A DNA stretch of 64,000 bases, taken from assembly GCA_039589315.1 (NCBI GenBank), contig JBDHHQ010000042.1, positions 1 through 64,000 of the forward strand, in the 5' to 3' direction. Origin of the DNA: Gemmatimonadota bacterium. GTDB taxonomy: Bacteria; Gemmatimonadota; Gemmatimonadetes; Longimicrobiales; Gaopeijiaceae. The position numbers and the translations under genes are program-made. Below are positions 1 to 10,148 of the stretch, in pieces. The stretch's first letter is position 1. Each line of letters opens with the position of its first letter. The notes beneath the pieces are model-generated. The model was not told the origin of the DNA and did not search any database. It saw only the letters and a program-made list of their open reading frames with translations.

Positions 1-756
1 CCTGAATTGTGCTTCGTCCATCGAGCCCTCGAAATACAAAGACCCCGACGCCGAGTTCGTACTGGTGAACCGTACGACAAGGGTCATTGCCATTTCGAAG
101 TCCTCCGTTCCCCTGATCGGCTCCTGGCCAGGCCCTGCAAGTTCTTCCTCCAACCGCTCTTCGTATTCCTTGCACACCTCTTCGGTGATTGGGGGGTAGG
201 TCTTTTCGAAATCGAGGCCCGGATCGTCCTGGTTCTCACACAACATCAAGGTGTGAAGAAAGCCCGACCGTCTCTCCAATATGTTCTCAACGTTGACCGT
301 ACTCGCGTAGAAGTGGTTTGTCCCCGTCAGGGTGGGCAACGCATACCAGTCGCAGCTTGACGTCGATCCTTCTCCTTCTGGGGGCTCGCCAACGACCGCA
401 TTGGCTGCTGGCTCCTGCATCTCCGCGGTGGGAAACACGAGCATGTGCACTTCGCCGTCCGGACTCCGAGCGTCTATCACCCCGCGCAGAGGATCGTATT
501 TGAAGATGATTGTCCCGGCGGGCGGCGAGGGAAATGGAATGGAGGCAAGACCTTGCGTGGTTCCTCCTACTGCCCATCCTGCTCCGTGATCGACCGTCCA
601 CGATCCGTCTAGTGCTGCAAGCAGGTCCGTCGCGGCCAGGGTGCAGAATCCGTCCCCGGAGTCGCCCCCAGCTTGCTGGGCGTAGGCTGGAGAAGCCAGC
701 GCGCCTGAAAAGAGGAGGAGTGAAAGGATAGACACGTCCAGTGTGCGATCGCGCAT
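1..756 (-). CDS. Secreted hypothetical protein, runs off left edge (MRDRTLDVSILSLLLFSGALASPAYAQQ...)
   Basis: Manually translated open frame of 252 codons without a stop (absent from ORF track); AGGAGG SD upstream of ATG 756; signal peptide ending AYA-Q. Confidence 0.75.
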   Translation of the reverse strand, partial: MRDRTLDVSILSLLLFSGALASPAYAQQAGGDSGDGFCTLAATDLLAALDGSWTVDHGAGWAVGGTTQGLASIPFPSPPAGTIIFKYDPLRGVIDARSPDGEVHMLVFPTAEMQEPAANAVVGEPPEGEGSTSSCDWYALPTLTGTNHFYASTVNVENILERRSGFLHTLMLCENQDDPGLDFEKTYPPITEEVCKEYEERLEEELAGPGQEPIRGTEDFEMAMTLVVRFTSTNSASGSLYFEGSMDEAQFR

Positions 757-1199
757 GGACCGAGCCTCCTTACGGACTGCGCGTTGGCGAATCTGCATGA
801 TCCCACTTTCGGAGTTGGTCGAGTAGCTTCGCAGATCGGGGATGTAGGGACTTCGATCAGGAGCGGTGGACGTCTTCACCCTCTCAAGCGAAGGACCTGC
901 TCAACTCCCGCCATTAATCCGCGCGGGGGGACAACGACGTCTAAAGGTAGCTCCCTGCAATGCCGTGAGGGAGCCGGGGCGGCGGGGACCTGCCGGTAGC
1001 CAATCCAACGAACACCATGGCTCCCTGCATCAGCTCCGGGAATCAAAGTCCCTGAAGCCAGCTGTCTCGGCCCCTTCAGCGGCGCAGGATCATCCCCGGC
1101 GGGATGCCCTCGACTGTGAGCGTTCCGTCCTCGATCCTGATGGGCTGGCCACCCGCTCCGCCCTGGAAGACACCCTCGAACCGGCCTTCCAGCCGAATG

Positions 1200-1564
1200 G
1201 ACCCGTCGTCGGACGCCGCCCAGACGGGTTCGGTGCGTTCGAGGACCAGACGGTGGAGCGAATGCCCACCGTGTTCGACGTGACTCAGGATCTCGAGCTC
1301 GGTGACGTCGACCAGGATGGCGACCTCGACGTGGTGACGTCGAACCTGAGCTCTACACCGGGTGTTGCGGTGCCCGTCAGATGGAGAGTGTATCTCAACG
1401 ACGGTGCTGGATGGTTCGCGGAAGCAACGAGCGACGTCTTCCCCAACGGCGTTGTCGGATTCGGTTTCGATGTCGAAGCGGCCGATTTCAATGCAGATGG
1501 TCGATCTGATCTCTACCTTGCGAGCCGCGGTAGTGACGATCGCCTGCTGTTGGGGATCCGCTGA
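1200..1564 (+). pseudogene. C-terminal fragment of an FG-GAP/VCBS-repeat protein
   Basis: GDVDQDGDLDVV and ADFNADGRSDLY motifs in the last ~120 codons of ORF 866..1564; the upstream part of the ORF looks non-coding. Confidence 0.55.
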
Positions 1565-1642
1565 GCCAGAAGCGCGAGGAGTCGCTGTCGTAGCGCGCTC
1601 GGCTGGGCCGCCTCATCACGTTCGGCGCTGCGGCAGGCTGGC

Positions 1643-2809
1643 CTAGCGGTTCACGCGCTGCCGATCCAGACGCTCGACGTCGAGGGTGAAGGTCAGGGGA
1701 ACCGACACGGGCGTGAAACAGATCCGATCGTCGCAGGCCTGGTAGTCGAACGTGCCGCTGACCGTCAGCGCGTCCAGCTCACGCAGCGCTCGGCTGGCCT
1801 CCGGCGTGGCTTCGACGACCGCCTCCTGGAGGAGCCTGAACGGACGCTGATACACGGGCACCAGTTCGTCCAGCGGTTCGAAGTGATAGATCTCCGACTC
1901 GGGAAACCGGACATCCTCGAACCTGAGGTGAGGTGCTGGAGCCAGGTTCAGCGAAACGACCCGGTATCCCATCTCTTCGGCGCCCGGCGCGTACACGTGG
2001 ATGTTGGGCTCGGGCTCGACCTCGACCGCGACCGAGAAGCGGGTGCCCACTGTGACCGACGGATTGCTGGGGTAGGCGGTCAGCTTCAGATGGGCGGTCG
2101 ACCCTTCGACCGCCGTAACCGGGGCCAGGCCGGCCCCGAGCTTCAGCATCACGTTCGCCGTCGTGTTCCGTTCCCGGTAGAACTCCTCGAAGAAACGAGC
2201 AGTGACGCGGCCCTCGCGGTCCAGCATGAAGGTGCCCGGAAACGGTGTGCCCACCATCAACGAGTCAGCTCCGCTGACGGCGACGTACTTGGCCACGTCC
2301 GCCATGACCTCCGGATCGTCACCGTTCGGCCCCAGGCCCTCTTCGGCGACCGTGTTCAGGATGCCGAACTCCTCGATGACCCTGGAGTCGTGGTCCGACA
2401 GCAGTGGGAACGTGATGCCGCGACGCCCCGCGAAGTCGGCGAGCACGGCCTCGGAGTCATAGCTGATCGCCGCGACCCCGAGACCCTGAGAGCGAAGCCC
2501 GTCCAACTGGTCCTGCAACTCCACGAGTTGCGCTTTGCAGTAGGGTCACCAGTCAGCCGAGCGGTGAAAGAGCAGGATCGCCCCGTTGGGTCCCAGGATG
2601 GACTCCAGCGTGTGAACCTGACCGTTCTGATCGGGCAGGCCGAAGCCGGGCACACGTTGACCTACTTGCGGACCGAGCGAGGCGACGTCCACCGGTGTTC
2701 TGGGTTGCATGTTGTCGGACCCGGGTCCCTGTACCAGGACCACCGCGGTGATCCCGAGGGCGATCACCAGAGCGATCACCAGAGTGCTGCGTCCAGCTCG
2801 AGGATTCAT
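1643..2809 (-). CDS. Probable selenoprotein: AhpC/TSA (peroxiredoxin-like) redoxin with UxxC motif fused to a DsbD N-terminal-like domain; 388 aa with in-frame UGA at 2546-2548
   Basis: ORFs 2546..2809 and 1643..2524 are in frame; reading through gives FHRSADW-U-PYC-KAQLVELQ; hairpin follows the UGA; C-terminal YQACDDRIC motif. Confidence 0.8.
2515..2531 (-). promoter_or_regulatory. Putative bacterial SECIS hairpin
   Basis: GCAACTC-GTG-GAGTTGC perfect 7-bp stem starting 14 nt after the in-frame UGA. Confidence 0.65.
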
Positions 2810-2934
2810 AGTGAAGGCATCCTACGATCGGGCGGTCATGTGCACTAGGGGGAACCACAGGTGAGGACCCCTCTCGCTATCGCGATCTCGGCCGATCGCG
2901 ATAGCTGTCCGGAAGGCTTCGTCGAGACGTGGCC

Positions 2935-4338
2935 TCAGGGTACGATCCTGCGGATCGTTCCGTCGTGCTTGTTCAAGAGGAAGATCTGTCCATCAGGCCC
3001 CCCGTCGATGCGGAGGTCCGTTCGGCCAGCCGGCTCCCGGCCCTGCTCGCGATTCTTCTCCTGTAGGAGTTGGAGGAACGTCTTCTCCGCGCCTCCGTCT
3101 CGTAGAAGTACGCGCCGGAATCCCTGATTGCCCCCGTCCGGAGGGTCGTCGGCATCGAAGTGGAAGATCTCCCCGCTGGGGAAGTCGCCGAACAACACCC
3201 GGTCGGTGAGTTGTGGCACTGCGCTCGATCGGTAGACCAGCACGCCCGTGGCGGCGGCCCGGTTCGTGAGGAGTGGATCGCCGTGCGCGTACTCTGCGAC
3301 CGGGTACGTCATGGCCGGATCGCTGCGGACGGCAGACGCGTCCACGCCCTCACGACCGACGAACCGAAAGCTGCCCTCCCAGACGTTCCAGCCCAGGTTC
3401 GCGCCCGCGGCCACGGGGCTGATCTCCTCGATCGTGTTCTGACCGATGTCGGCCAGGAACATGCGCCGGGTATTCGGATCCCACCCGAAGCGCTGTGGAT
3501 TGCGAACCCCGTAAGCGTAGACCTCGCCGATCGCTCCGGGACGATCCACGAACGGATTGCTCGCGGGAATCCCGTATTGGCCGTTGGCCGAGCTCGCGCC
3601 GAGTGGGTCGATGCGAAAGACCTTTCCGAAACCGGACGACAGATCCTGGGACATGTTTTGCGGATCTCCCCCGCTTCCGCCGTCAGCCACTCCTATGTAC
3701 AGCAACCCGGACTCCGACCCGGACGTCGCGGTCGGGTCGAAGGCGAGGTGTCCGGCGTTGTGGTTGCCGTAGGGTTGCTGAAAGCGCATCAGCTCGCGGG
3801 GTGGGTCACCGTCGTACGCGTTGGCCGCCGGATCCTCGGCGGTCCACTCGAGCAGGACCGTGTCGTGTGAATCCCCCTCCCCGCGGGGGCCGAAGTCGGG
3901 TGGCGGGGCCGTGTCATCCGTGTCGGTCCAGGTGTAGAAATGACCGTATCCGGGAGTGCCGGGGTTCCCGAAGTCGGGATGGAACGCGAAGCTCTGGAAT
4001 CCCCGCTCACGACCGCTCGACTCGACGCTCACACCCCAACGCGGGTCGTCGATGTTCACGTACTCGACGACGCTGCGGCCGTCGTAGCTCACGCCGAAGA
4101 TCGCGCCACGCATCCCGTTGACGAACAGGCGAGCCGTGCCTGGCTCGTCGACGAGTCGCATCATGCGCACCGCGTTCCCCTGGACGTCAGGGAGAGACGC
4201 GAACTCGACCACACCGACGACTGTGGCGTCATCGGCGGTGATGGTGGCCGGAAGGGGGTCGCGGGTCGTCTGGGCGTTGAGCGGCAGCCCGATGATCGAG
4301 GCCGCGGTAGCGGCCATGGCGGCGTGCCTGATCGTCAC
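2935..4338 (-). CDS. PQQ-dependent glucose/sorbosone dehydrogenase family protein (secreted)
   Basis: Signal peptide; NHNAG, LYIGVADGGSGGDP, YAYGVRNP, DIGQNTIEE motifs. Confidence 0.85.
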   Translation of the reverse strand: MTIRHAAMAATAASIIGLPLNAQTTRDPLPATITADDATVVGVVEFASLPDVQGNAVRMMRLVDEPGTARLFVNGMRGAIFGVSYDGRSVVEYVNIDDPRWGVSVESSGRERGFQSFAFHPDFGNPGTPGYGHFYTWTDTDDTAPPPDFGPRGEGDSHDTVLLEWTAEDPAANAYDGDPPRELMRFQQPYGNHNAGHLAFDPTATSGSESGLLYIGVADGGSGGDPQNMSQDLSSGFGKVFRIDPLGASSANGQYGIPASNPFVDRPGAIGEVYAYGVRNPQRFGWDPNTRRMFLADIGQNTIEEISPVAAGANLGWNVWEGSFRFVGREGVDASAVRSDPAMTYPVAEYAHGDPLLTNRAAATGVLVYRSSAVPQLTDRVLFGDFPSGEIFHFDADDPPDGGNQGFRRVLLRDGGAEKTFLQLLQEKNREQGREPAGRTDLRIDGGPDGQIFLLNKHDGTIRRIVP

Positions 4339-4489
4339 GTCGGTCCTCCGGTGAGCGTGGGTCGTGTCCTCGTCACGCTACCCGGCCGCCGTGGAGCCAG
4401 GCAAGTCGGGGCGACCTGCCGCCTTGACAGCAGAGAGCGGCGTTCACCACCGTTTCGCTACGGCCACCCTACCAGCCCCGAGGTGTCGG

Positions 4490-5712
4490 ATGTCCCCGAA
4501 GCATCGCATGGTCGCCATTCTGCTGGCGTCGACCGGCGCGACTCTTCAGTCAGGTTGCCGGGAATCACCGGGCGAAGCTGTGCACCTCGTTGGACCGCAG
4601 GTTGCCATCGACCCCGGACCCTACGTTCCGGGCCAGTCCTACTTCGGCCGCAACGGCTACATCGAGTACGTGGCGGGTAATGCGCCCGTGATCCTGTCGG
4701 CCCCCCATGGTGGAGCCCTGGAGCCATCTGAGATCCCGTTCCGTACCGCGGGCGCGTGCGGGGGCTCCGCTACGACGACGACCGATCGCAACACGATCGA
4801 GCTGGCCCTGGCCGTGCGAGATGCATTCGTCGACCGGTTCGGGACCGTCCCGCACGTGATCCTCAACCACCTCGAGCGAAACCGGTTGGATGCCAATCGC
4901 GCGATCGAAGAAGCCGCCTGCGGCGATCCGGAGGCCGAGATCGCGTGGGGGGAGTTCCACGACTTCATCGAGGTCGCCAAGGCGGAGGTGCTCGCCACCC
5001 CGGGCAAGGGCTGGTACATGGATCTGCACGGTCACGGTCACGACATCCGACGCCTGGAGTTGGGGTATCTGCTCCGGGGATCGCAGTTGGATCTCTCCGA
5101 CGCGACGCTCGATGCAGCCTCTCAGTACCAGGAGAGCTGCTCAGAGGATCGCTCAGCCTGGGCACGCTCTACGCCGACAATGGTATCCGTGCGGTTCCCA
5201 GCTCTCCCGAGCCGGGTCCTGAAGGCAATCCGTACTTCCGAGGAGGCTACAACACGGTTCGCCACACGTGCACGGTGCGGGCGAGCGAGCACAGGGGAAT
5301 ACCGGGAGGCCAGATCTGTGGCGTCCAGGTGGAGGCTCACTACAAGGGTGTCCGTGACAGGCCCGCCAAGCGAGCCGCCTTCGGAGTCGCCACCGCCATC
5401 GCCCTGGAGGCGTTTCTCGGCGCCCACTGGGGCGTCTGGCTCGGTGGCGAACCTCCACCCCCTCCGCCCCCGGCGGGGATCGAGTTGCAGGCGACCGGCT
5501 ACAAAGCGAAGGGGAAGAAGATTGCCGATCTGGCGTGGTCGGGAGCGACGTCAGCCTCGGTCGACGTCTTCCGTAACGGCGCGCTCGTCGTCACCACGGT
5601 GAACGACGGCACCCACACGGACGAGTCCGGCCAACGCGGGGGAGGGTCCTTCACGTACCAGGTGTGCGAGGCCGCCACGGCCACGTGCTCGAACGAGGCG
5701 ACGGTCTTCTAG
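4490..5712 (+). pseudogene. N-formylglutamate amidohydrolase-like lipoprotein with small C-terminal beta-sandwich domain, frameshifted near 5135
   Basis: ILSAPHGG, DANR, DLHGHGH in frame of 4364..5602; continuation (ELLRGSLSLG...YFRGGYNT...VQVE) in frame of 4756..5712. Confidence 0.7.
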
Positions 5713-5741
5713 GGGCCCAACTCTCCAGGAGGGCTCCTCCA

Positions 5742-7160
5742 TCACACCGCGCTCGCGGCTCTGGGCGGAGGGGCGTTTGCCAGGAGGTCGGCAAGGACTG
5801 TCGCTGCCCCCACCAGCTCAGACCTGCCGGGCAGGGCGCCGATGCACACCCGAATCGCCGGCTCGACCGCGGATCGTGCGATCGCGAAGTCATCGCCCGG
5901 AGTGACGCTGATGCCCCGTTCCTCGGCGCACGCGACGAACTCGGACGTCTTCCACAAATGTGGCAGCGGGATCCAGATATGGGGGCTCATCGGATGACTC
6001 CCCGTAGCCCGTTCCGGCAGGACGGCACGAACCGCTTCCCCCCGGCTCCGGAGTCGCTCCGTCTTCCAGACCAACACCCGTTCTGCCAGGCCTGAGTCGA
6101 CGCTCTCGGCCACCACAGCCGCCGTCCAAGGAGCCGCCTGGAGGGTGGTTGCACCAATGGCGCCCTCCAGGCGCTGGGGCGACGCCCCGTGCGGCGCCAC
6201 GACCAACCCGATTCGGACGCCAGGCCAGAGGAGCTTGCCCATGCTCGCGATGTACGTGGTCAGCTCGGGAGCGAAGGTGCAGAGCGGAGGCGTGACGTCC
6301 AGAAAGCCATAGGCGTCGTCCTCTACGATGCGGAGCCCTCGCCTGTTCGCCACCTCGGCGATCTGCTTGCGCCGCGCCTCGGACATGACGAGTCCGAGGG
6401 GATTCTGCATCGTCGGCATCACGTAGAGAGCGGCGGGTGCTTCCTCGGCGCAGGCGTCGTCGAGGGCGTCCGGCAAGACACCTTCGTCGTCCATTGAGAC
6501 GCCGCGCAGTCGGAGACCGAGTTGTCGTGCCAGAGCCTGGATGCCGTAGCACGTGCGGTCTCCGGTCAGGACGAGGTTACCGGCACGTGCCAGACTGGAG
6601 ACGGCCACCGTCATCGCGTGCTGACCGCCCGCCGAGATCAGCACGCGGTCCCTCGGGACTTCAAAGCGGTGCGCCGTCAGCCAGCGTGCGCACGCGTCCC
6701 GATGCTGCGCCATGCCGCCAGCAGGCTGATAGTCGAAGAGGTCGGACAGCATGCGCGACTCCGACAGTCTCGACAGCAGCCGCTCCAGGTCGGACGCGAA
6801 CGCACGGGGCTCGAGCGAGTTCTGGGTGAGGTCCGCTCGCGCCGCGGATCCCCTCGCGCGCGACTCGCCTTCCGGGCTTCGAACGAACGTCCCTCGACCC
6901 ACTTGACCCGTCACCAGGCCCCGCTTCCGGGCCTCACGGTAGGCGCGAGTGACCGTCGTCACGGCGACGCCAAGGTGCTCGGCCAGCTCGCGGTGCGTCG
7001 GAAGCCGGCCCCCGGGCTCTAGCTCCCCGGCCTCGATGGCCCGATCCACGGTGTCGGCAATCGTTCGGTAGTCACCCGGACCTCCTTGTGAGACCGGGGC
7101 GATCCACCTGACGTCTTTCGGAGGGCGCGTCGGTCCAGGGCCGGAGGGTGGCTTTGCCAT
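5742..7160 (-). CDS. MocR/GntR-family PLP-dependent transcriptional regulator
   Basis: wHTH (RLPTHRELA...TVTRAY...GRGTFV) plus class I aminotransferase-like domain (PTMQNPLG, EDDAY, SMGK..PGVRIG). Confidence 0.92.
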   Translation of the reverse strand: MAKPPSGPGPTRPPKDVRWIAPVSQGGPGDYRTIADTVDRAIEAGELEPGGRLPTHRELAEHLGVAVTTVTRAYREARKRGLVTGQVGRGTFVRSPEGESRARGSAARADLTQNSLEPRAFASDLERLLSRLSESRMLSDLFDYQPAGGMAQHRDACARWLTAHRFEVPRDRVLISAGGQHAMTVAVSSLARAGNLVLTGDRTCYGIQALARQLGLRLRGVSMDDEGVLPDALDDACAEEAPAALYVMPTMQNPLGLVMSEARRKQIAEVANRRGLRIVEDDAYGFLDVTPPLCTFAPELTTYIASMGKLLWPGVRIGLVVAPHGASPQRLEGAIGATTLQAAPWTAAVVAESVDSGLAERVLVWKTERLRSRGEAVRAVLPERATGSHPMSPHIWIPLPHLWKTSEFVACAEERGISVTPGDDFAIARSAVEPAIRVCIGALPGRSELVGAATVLADLLANAPPPRAASAV

Positions 7161-7213
7161 GCAGTCTCAATCCGTTCTAGGCGCGTGATCGTCCCATTCG
7201 GTATCAAATGTAC

Positions 7214-7324
7214 TACATACAATCCTCTGGAGTCAAAATGATCGTATACTTGACTATTACTAGCAAAGGTTGAATTGTGAACGAATCGATCCATCGCATG
7301 GATGCCCATTGTATGTAATACAAT
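7214..7324. promoter_or_regulatory. AT-rich divergent promoter region with candidate MocR operator sites
   Basis: Palindrome ATTGTA-N5-TACAAT at 7308-7324; TACATACAAT at 7214-7223 is the reverse complement of 7308-7317. Confidence 0.6.
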
Positions 7325-7372
7325 AGGGTGAACGTGCGCGGGGATGGGAATTCAAGAGGAGGAGGAGGAACG

Positions 7373-7945
7373 ATGGATCTCTCGAAGAGCAGATCACTGT
7401 GGTTCGCGGTTGCGCTCGCGCTCACCGCGCCGGGCCTCACCCGGGCTGAGGCACAGTCCACCGACGACTACCAAGCCGCATGGGAGCAGCTCAAGAAGCT
7501 GTCGGGCACCTGGGATTCACACGTCGTCGGGCAGGAGGACCGTCAGGCCCTCATCAGCTACCACGTAACGAGTGGTGGGTCGGTCGTGTTCGAGGAGTTC
7601 ATCGGAGACACGCCGGACGGGGTCCGCGACATGGCGACCGCCTACCACATGGATGTCGATGACATGGTGGCCACCCACTACTGTGGCGCCGGCAATCAAC
7701 CCAGAATGCGGTCCGCGTCCTACGACCCGCACACAAGGGTCCTTCGATTCGACTTCTGGGACATCACCGACCTGCCGGATCCCCAGGCGTACTACACGAC
7801 CAACATCGAGCTCTACTTCGAGGACGACGACAACGTCGAGCTCCGCTTCCGGGGAGTGGAGGGTGCCGAGCAGGAGGACTGGCAGGTGCACCGCCTGAGT
7901 CGCCGGACAAGCCGACCGTACGAGAGGTCGAGCGGGGGTTCGTAA
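7373..7945 (+). CDS. Secreted hypothetical protein (beta-barrel-like, THYC.AGNQPRM motif)
   Basis: Strong GGAGG SD; signal peptide AEA-Q; divergent from the MocR gene. Confidence 0.8.
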   Translation: MDLSKSRSLWFAVALALTAPGLTRAEAQSTDDYQAAWEQLKKLSGTWDSHVVGQEDRQALISYHVTSGGSVVFEEFIGDTPDGVRDMATAYHMDVDDMVATHYCGAGNQPRMRSASYDPHTRVLRFDFWDITDLPDPQAYYTTNIELYFEDDDNVELRFRGVEGAEQEDWQVHRLSRRTSRPYERSSGGS

Positions 7946-8067
7946 GCGGGAGGGCGCAGACAGGACACGCGAGGCCGCTCCGCCGCCGGCGTTCGGCGGG
8001 GCGGCCCGTCCGGGGCCCTCCGCGCCGCGCATGCTCGTACGCGGCTCGGAGGGACCGCTCGGATCGT

Positions 8068-9939
8068 TTATCGGTCCGTCGTCGGGGCGGATCCCGGCAA
8101 GCCTTCCACGACCCAGACTTCCCCTCGCAGCTCGCCGGAATTGAATGCCACGCGGTTGCCGTCCGGATGGATGCGAAGCCGGTGCGGTAACTCCGGAGGA
8201 ATGCCGGTAATCCGCATCGGCTCTCCGCCCGCGACGCTGATTCTCCAAAGCTCCCGGATCGCCCCCTCGTCCCAGGTAGTGAAGAGCACGTGCGCTCCGT
8301 CGGACGTCCAGTCCATGACCGACAAACCGTCCGGAGCGTCGACTCGGTACAGCTCCTGGACGGCACCATCGGACACAGACACCACGATCAGGCGCGACAC
8401 TTCCGATTCCCGCTCCCAGGCCTCGACCATGAGGAATTGGCCATCCGGCGACGGTCGGATCTGCCCAGAGCCGTTGATCCTGGCGAGTTCCCGATCGGCT
8501 CCGGTCGCGAGATCCCGTGCCATGATACGGTTGTCGGAGCCACCCATCGGATCAGGCTGACGGAACAGGGTTCGTCCGTCCGGGGACAGGACGCTACGCA
8601 GGTTCTCGGACTCTTCGTGCCGATGGAGCGTCTCCCGCTCACCCGTCCGTAGATCGATGCGATAGAGGGCCCAGCGACCGTCCCCGAGCAGGGGTGCCCC
8701 GTCGACGACCAGGTTCCCATCGTTAAGCCACATGAGCTGACGGATTCGACCGTCGAAAGGGATGACCTGGCGTCCGTCTCCGGTGGTCGAGCGCACGACG
8801 ATGCTGGAACGGCGGACACCCGTTTCGTGGACGTATGCGAGGAATCGACCGTCCCCCGACCATTCGCCATTCCGCGTCCGGCCCGCCGACGGGCCCTCGA
8901 CCGCTGCGGGCGGAGTCGTCAGGCGGTTCGAGTTCAGATCGATCCCGGCCGTGTGCACCTGGGCCTGCTGGGTCGTGACTCCGTAGAAGTAGCGTCCGTC
9001 GGCGCCGAAGCCGATCGGTTCCGGACGCCAGACGTTCGATCTCACCAGGTAGGCGTCGCCCGCCGGTGTGGCTCCGGCCAAGGGGAGCCACCAGAACCCT
9101 TCGCTCAGCTCCCGGTCGCTGTGGAACAGAATCCCGCTTCCGTCGGGCGCCCATCCCATGAGACGGTCGTCCCCGGGGCCGTCCACCAGAGCGGACTCGC
9201 GCCCACCATCCACGGACACGACGAAGATGTCGTGGTCATCCGATTGCTTGCCTGGCGGTTTGTCGAACGCGACGAACCTGCCATCCGGTGACAGGGCCGT
9301 GAGCTGCGGCTCGTCCCAGTTCTCGAATTCTACGAGGGGCCTGACGGATCCGTCCCTCACGGATACCAGGGCGACATGATCACGACCCGCACCGTACCAC
9401 ATGCGTGCCAGGATGTGCTGTCCGTCGCCGGACCATGAATCCACCATGGAGTAGAACGAGCGGTCTGGACTCGGGAAGACCGTGCGTACCCCCGATCCGT
9501 CGAGTCCGATCGTCCGGATCTCGTAGCCCTCGTCGTCCTGGTTCCACCAATTGACAGCGATTTGGCGCCCGTCCGGTGAGAAGACCGACGCTTCCGCCCA
9601 TTCTACTGCCTCGCTCCAGGATCCCTTGTCCGTGACGCGCTGGAGAGCGCCCTCGTGCAGATCCAGGACCGCCAGGTCACCTGTGCTCCAGTCGGTTTCG
9701 GTGACGTAGCGGCCGTCGGGTGACACGTCTGCGCTCCAGAAATCGGGCTCGATGCCCTCCCAGAGCCGGCGGATGACGATCGACGACTCCTGGACCGGGT
9801 TCTTCGGGGTCGGAGCCTGCAGACCCAGGTCGGGCAGAGCCCCGACCAGAGCGGACGGGCCTTCTGGCGAAGAGAGCCAGAACGCCGGCACCAATAGGAG
9901 GGGCACGGAGAGGGCGAGGACGGTGCGTGCTTGCTTCAT
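8068..9939 (-). CDS. TolB-like/PD40 beta-propeller protein, secreted or membrane-anchored
   Basis: Many SPDG/WSGDG repeats; ATG 9939 with GGAGG SD; N-terminal hydrophobic segment. Confidence 0.85.
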   Translation of the reverse strand: MKQARTVLALSVPLLLVPAFWLSSPEGPSALVGALPDLGLQAPTPKNPVQESSIVIRRLWEGIEPDFWSADVSPDGRYVTETDWSTGDLAVLDLHEGALQRVTDKGSWSEAVEWAEASVFSPDGRQIAVNWWNQDDEGYEIRTIGLDGSGVRTVFPSPDRSFYSMVDSWSGDGQHILARMWYGAGRDHVALVSVRDGSVRPLVEFENWDEPQLTALSPDGRFVAFDKPPGKQSDDHDIFVVSVDGGRESALVDGPGDDRLMGWAPDGSGILFHSDRELSEGFWWLPLAGATPAGDAYLVRSNVWRPEPIGFGADGRYFYGVTTQQAQVHTAGIDLNSNRLTTPPAAVEGPSAGRTRNGEWSGDGRFLAYVHETGVRRSSIVVRSTTGDGRQVIPFDGRIRQLMWLNDGNLVVDGAPLLGDGRWALYRIDLRTGERETLHRHEESENLRSVLSPDGRTLFRQPDPMGGSDNRIMARDLATGADRELARINGSGQIRPSPDGQFLMVEAWERESEVSRLIVVSVSDGAVQELYRVDAPDGLSVMDWTSDGAHVLFTTWDEGAIRELWRISVAGGEPMRITGIPPELPHRLRIHPDGNRVAFNSGELRGEVWVVEGLPGSAPTTDR

Positions 9940-10148
9940 GACGTGCCTCCCGAGTCTGACGAGTGCCTTCGCGAGGCGGGCCGGCGGAATCGGCCCGGTG
10001 CCCCTCTCTTCAACAAGCGGCGGGCCAGGAGTCGGACATTCAGTGAAGTCGTTGACGCACAACCGATTGCGCCGCGGAGCCCGGGCGAGTCAGGCCCCTG
10101 GTTCTGTAACGCCGCCTTACATTCGTCCCTCGGGACGTGACAAGCAGC

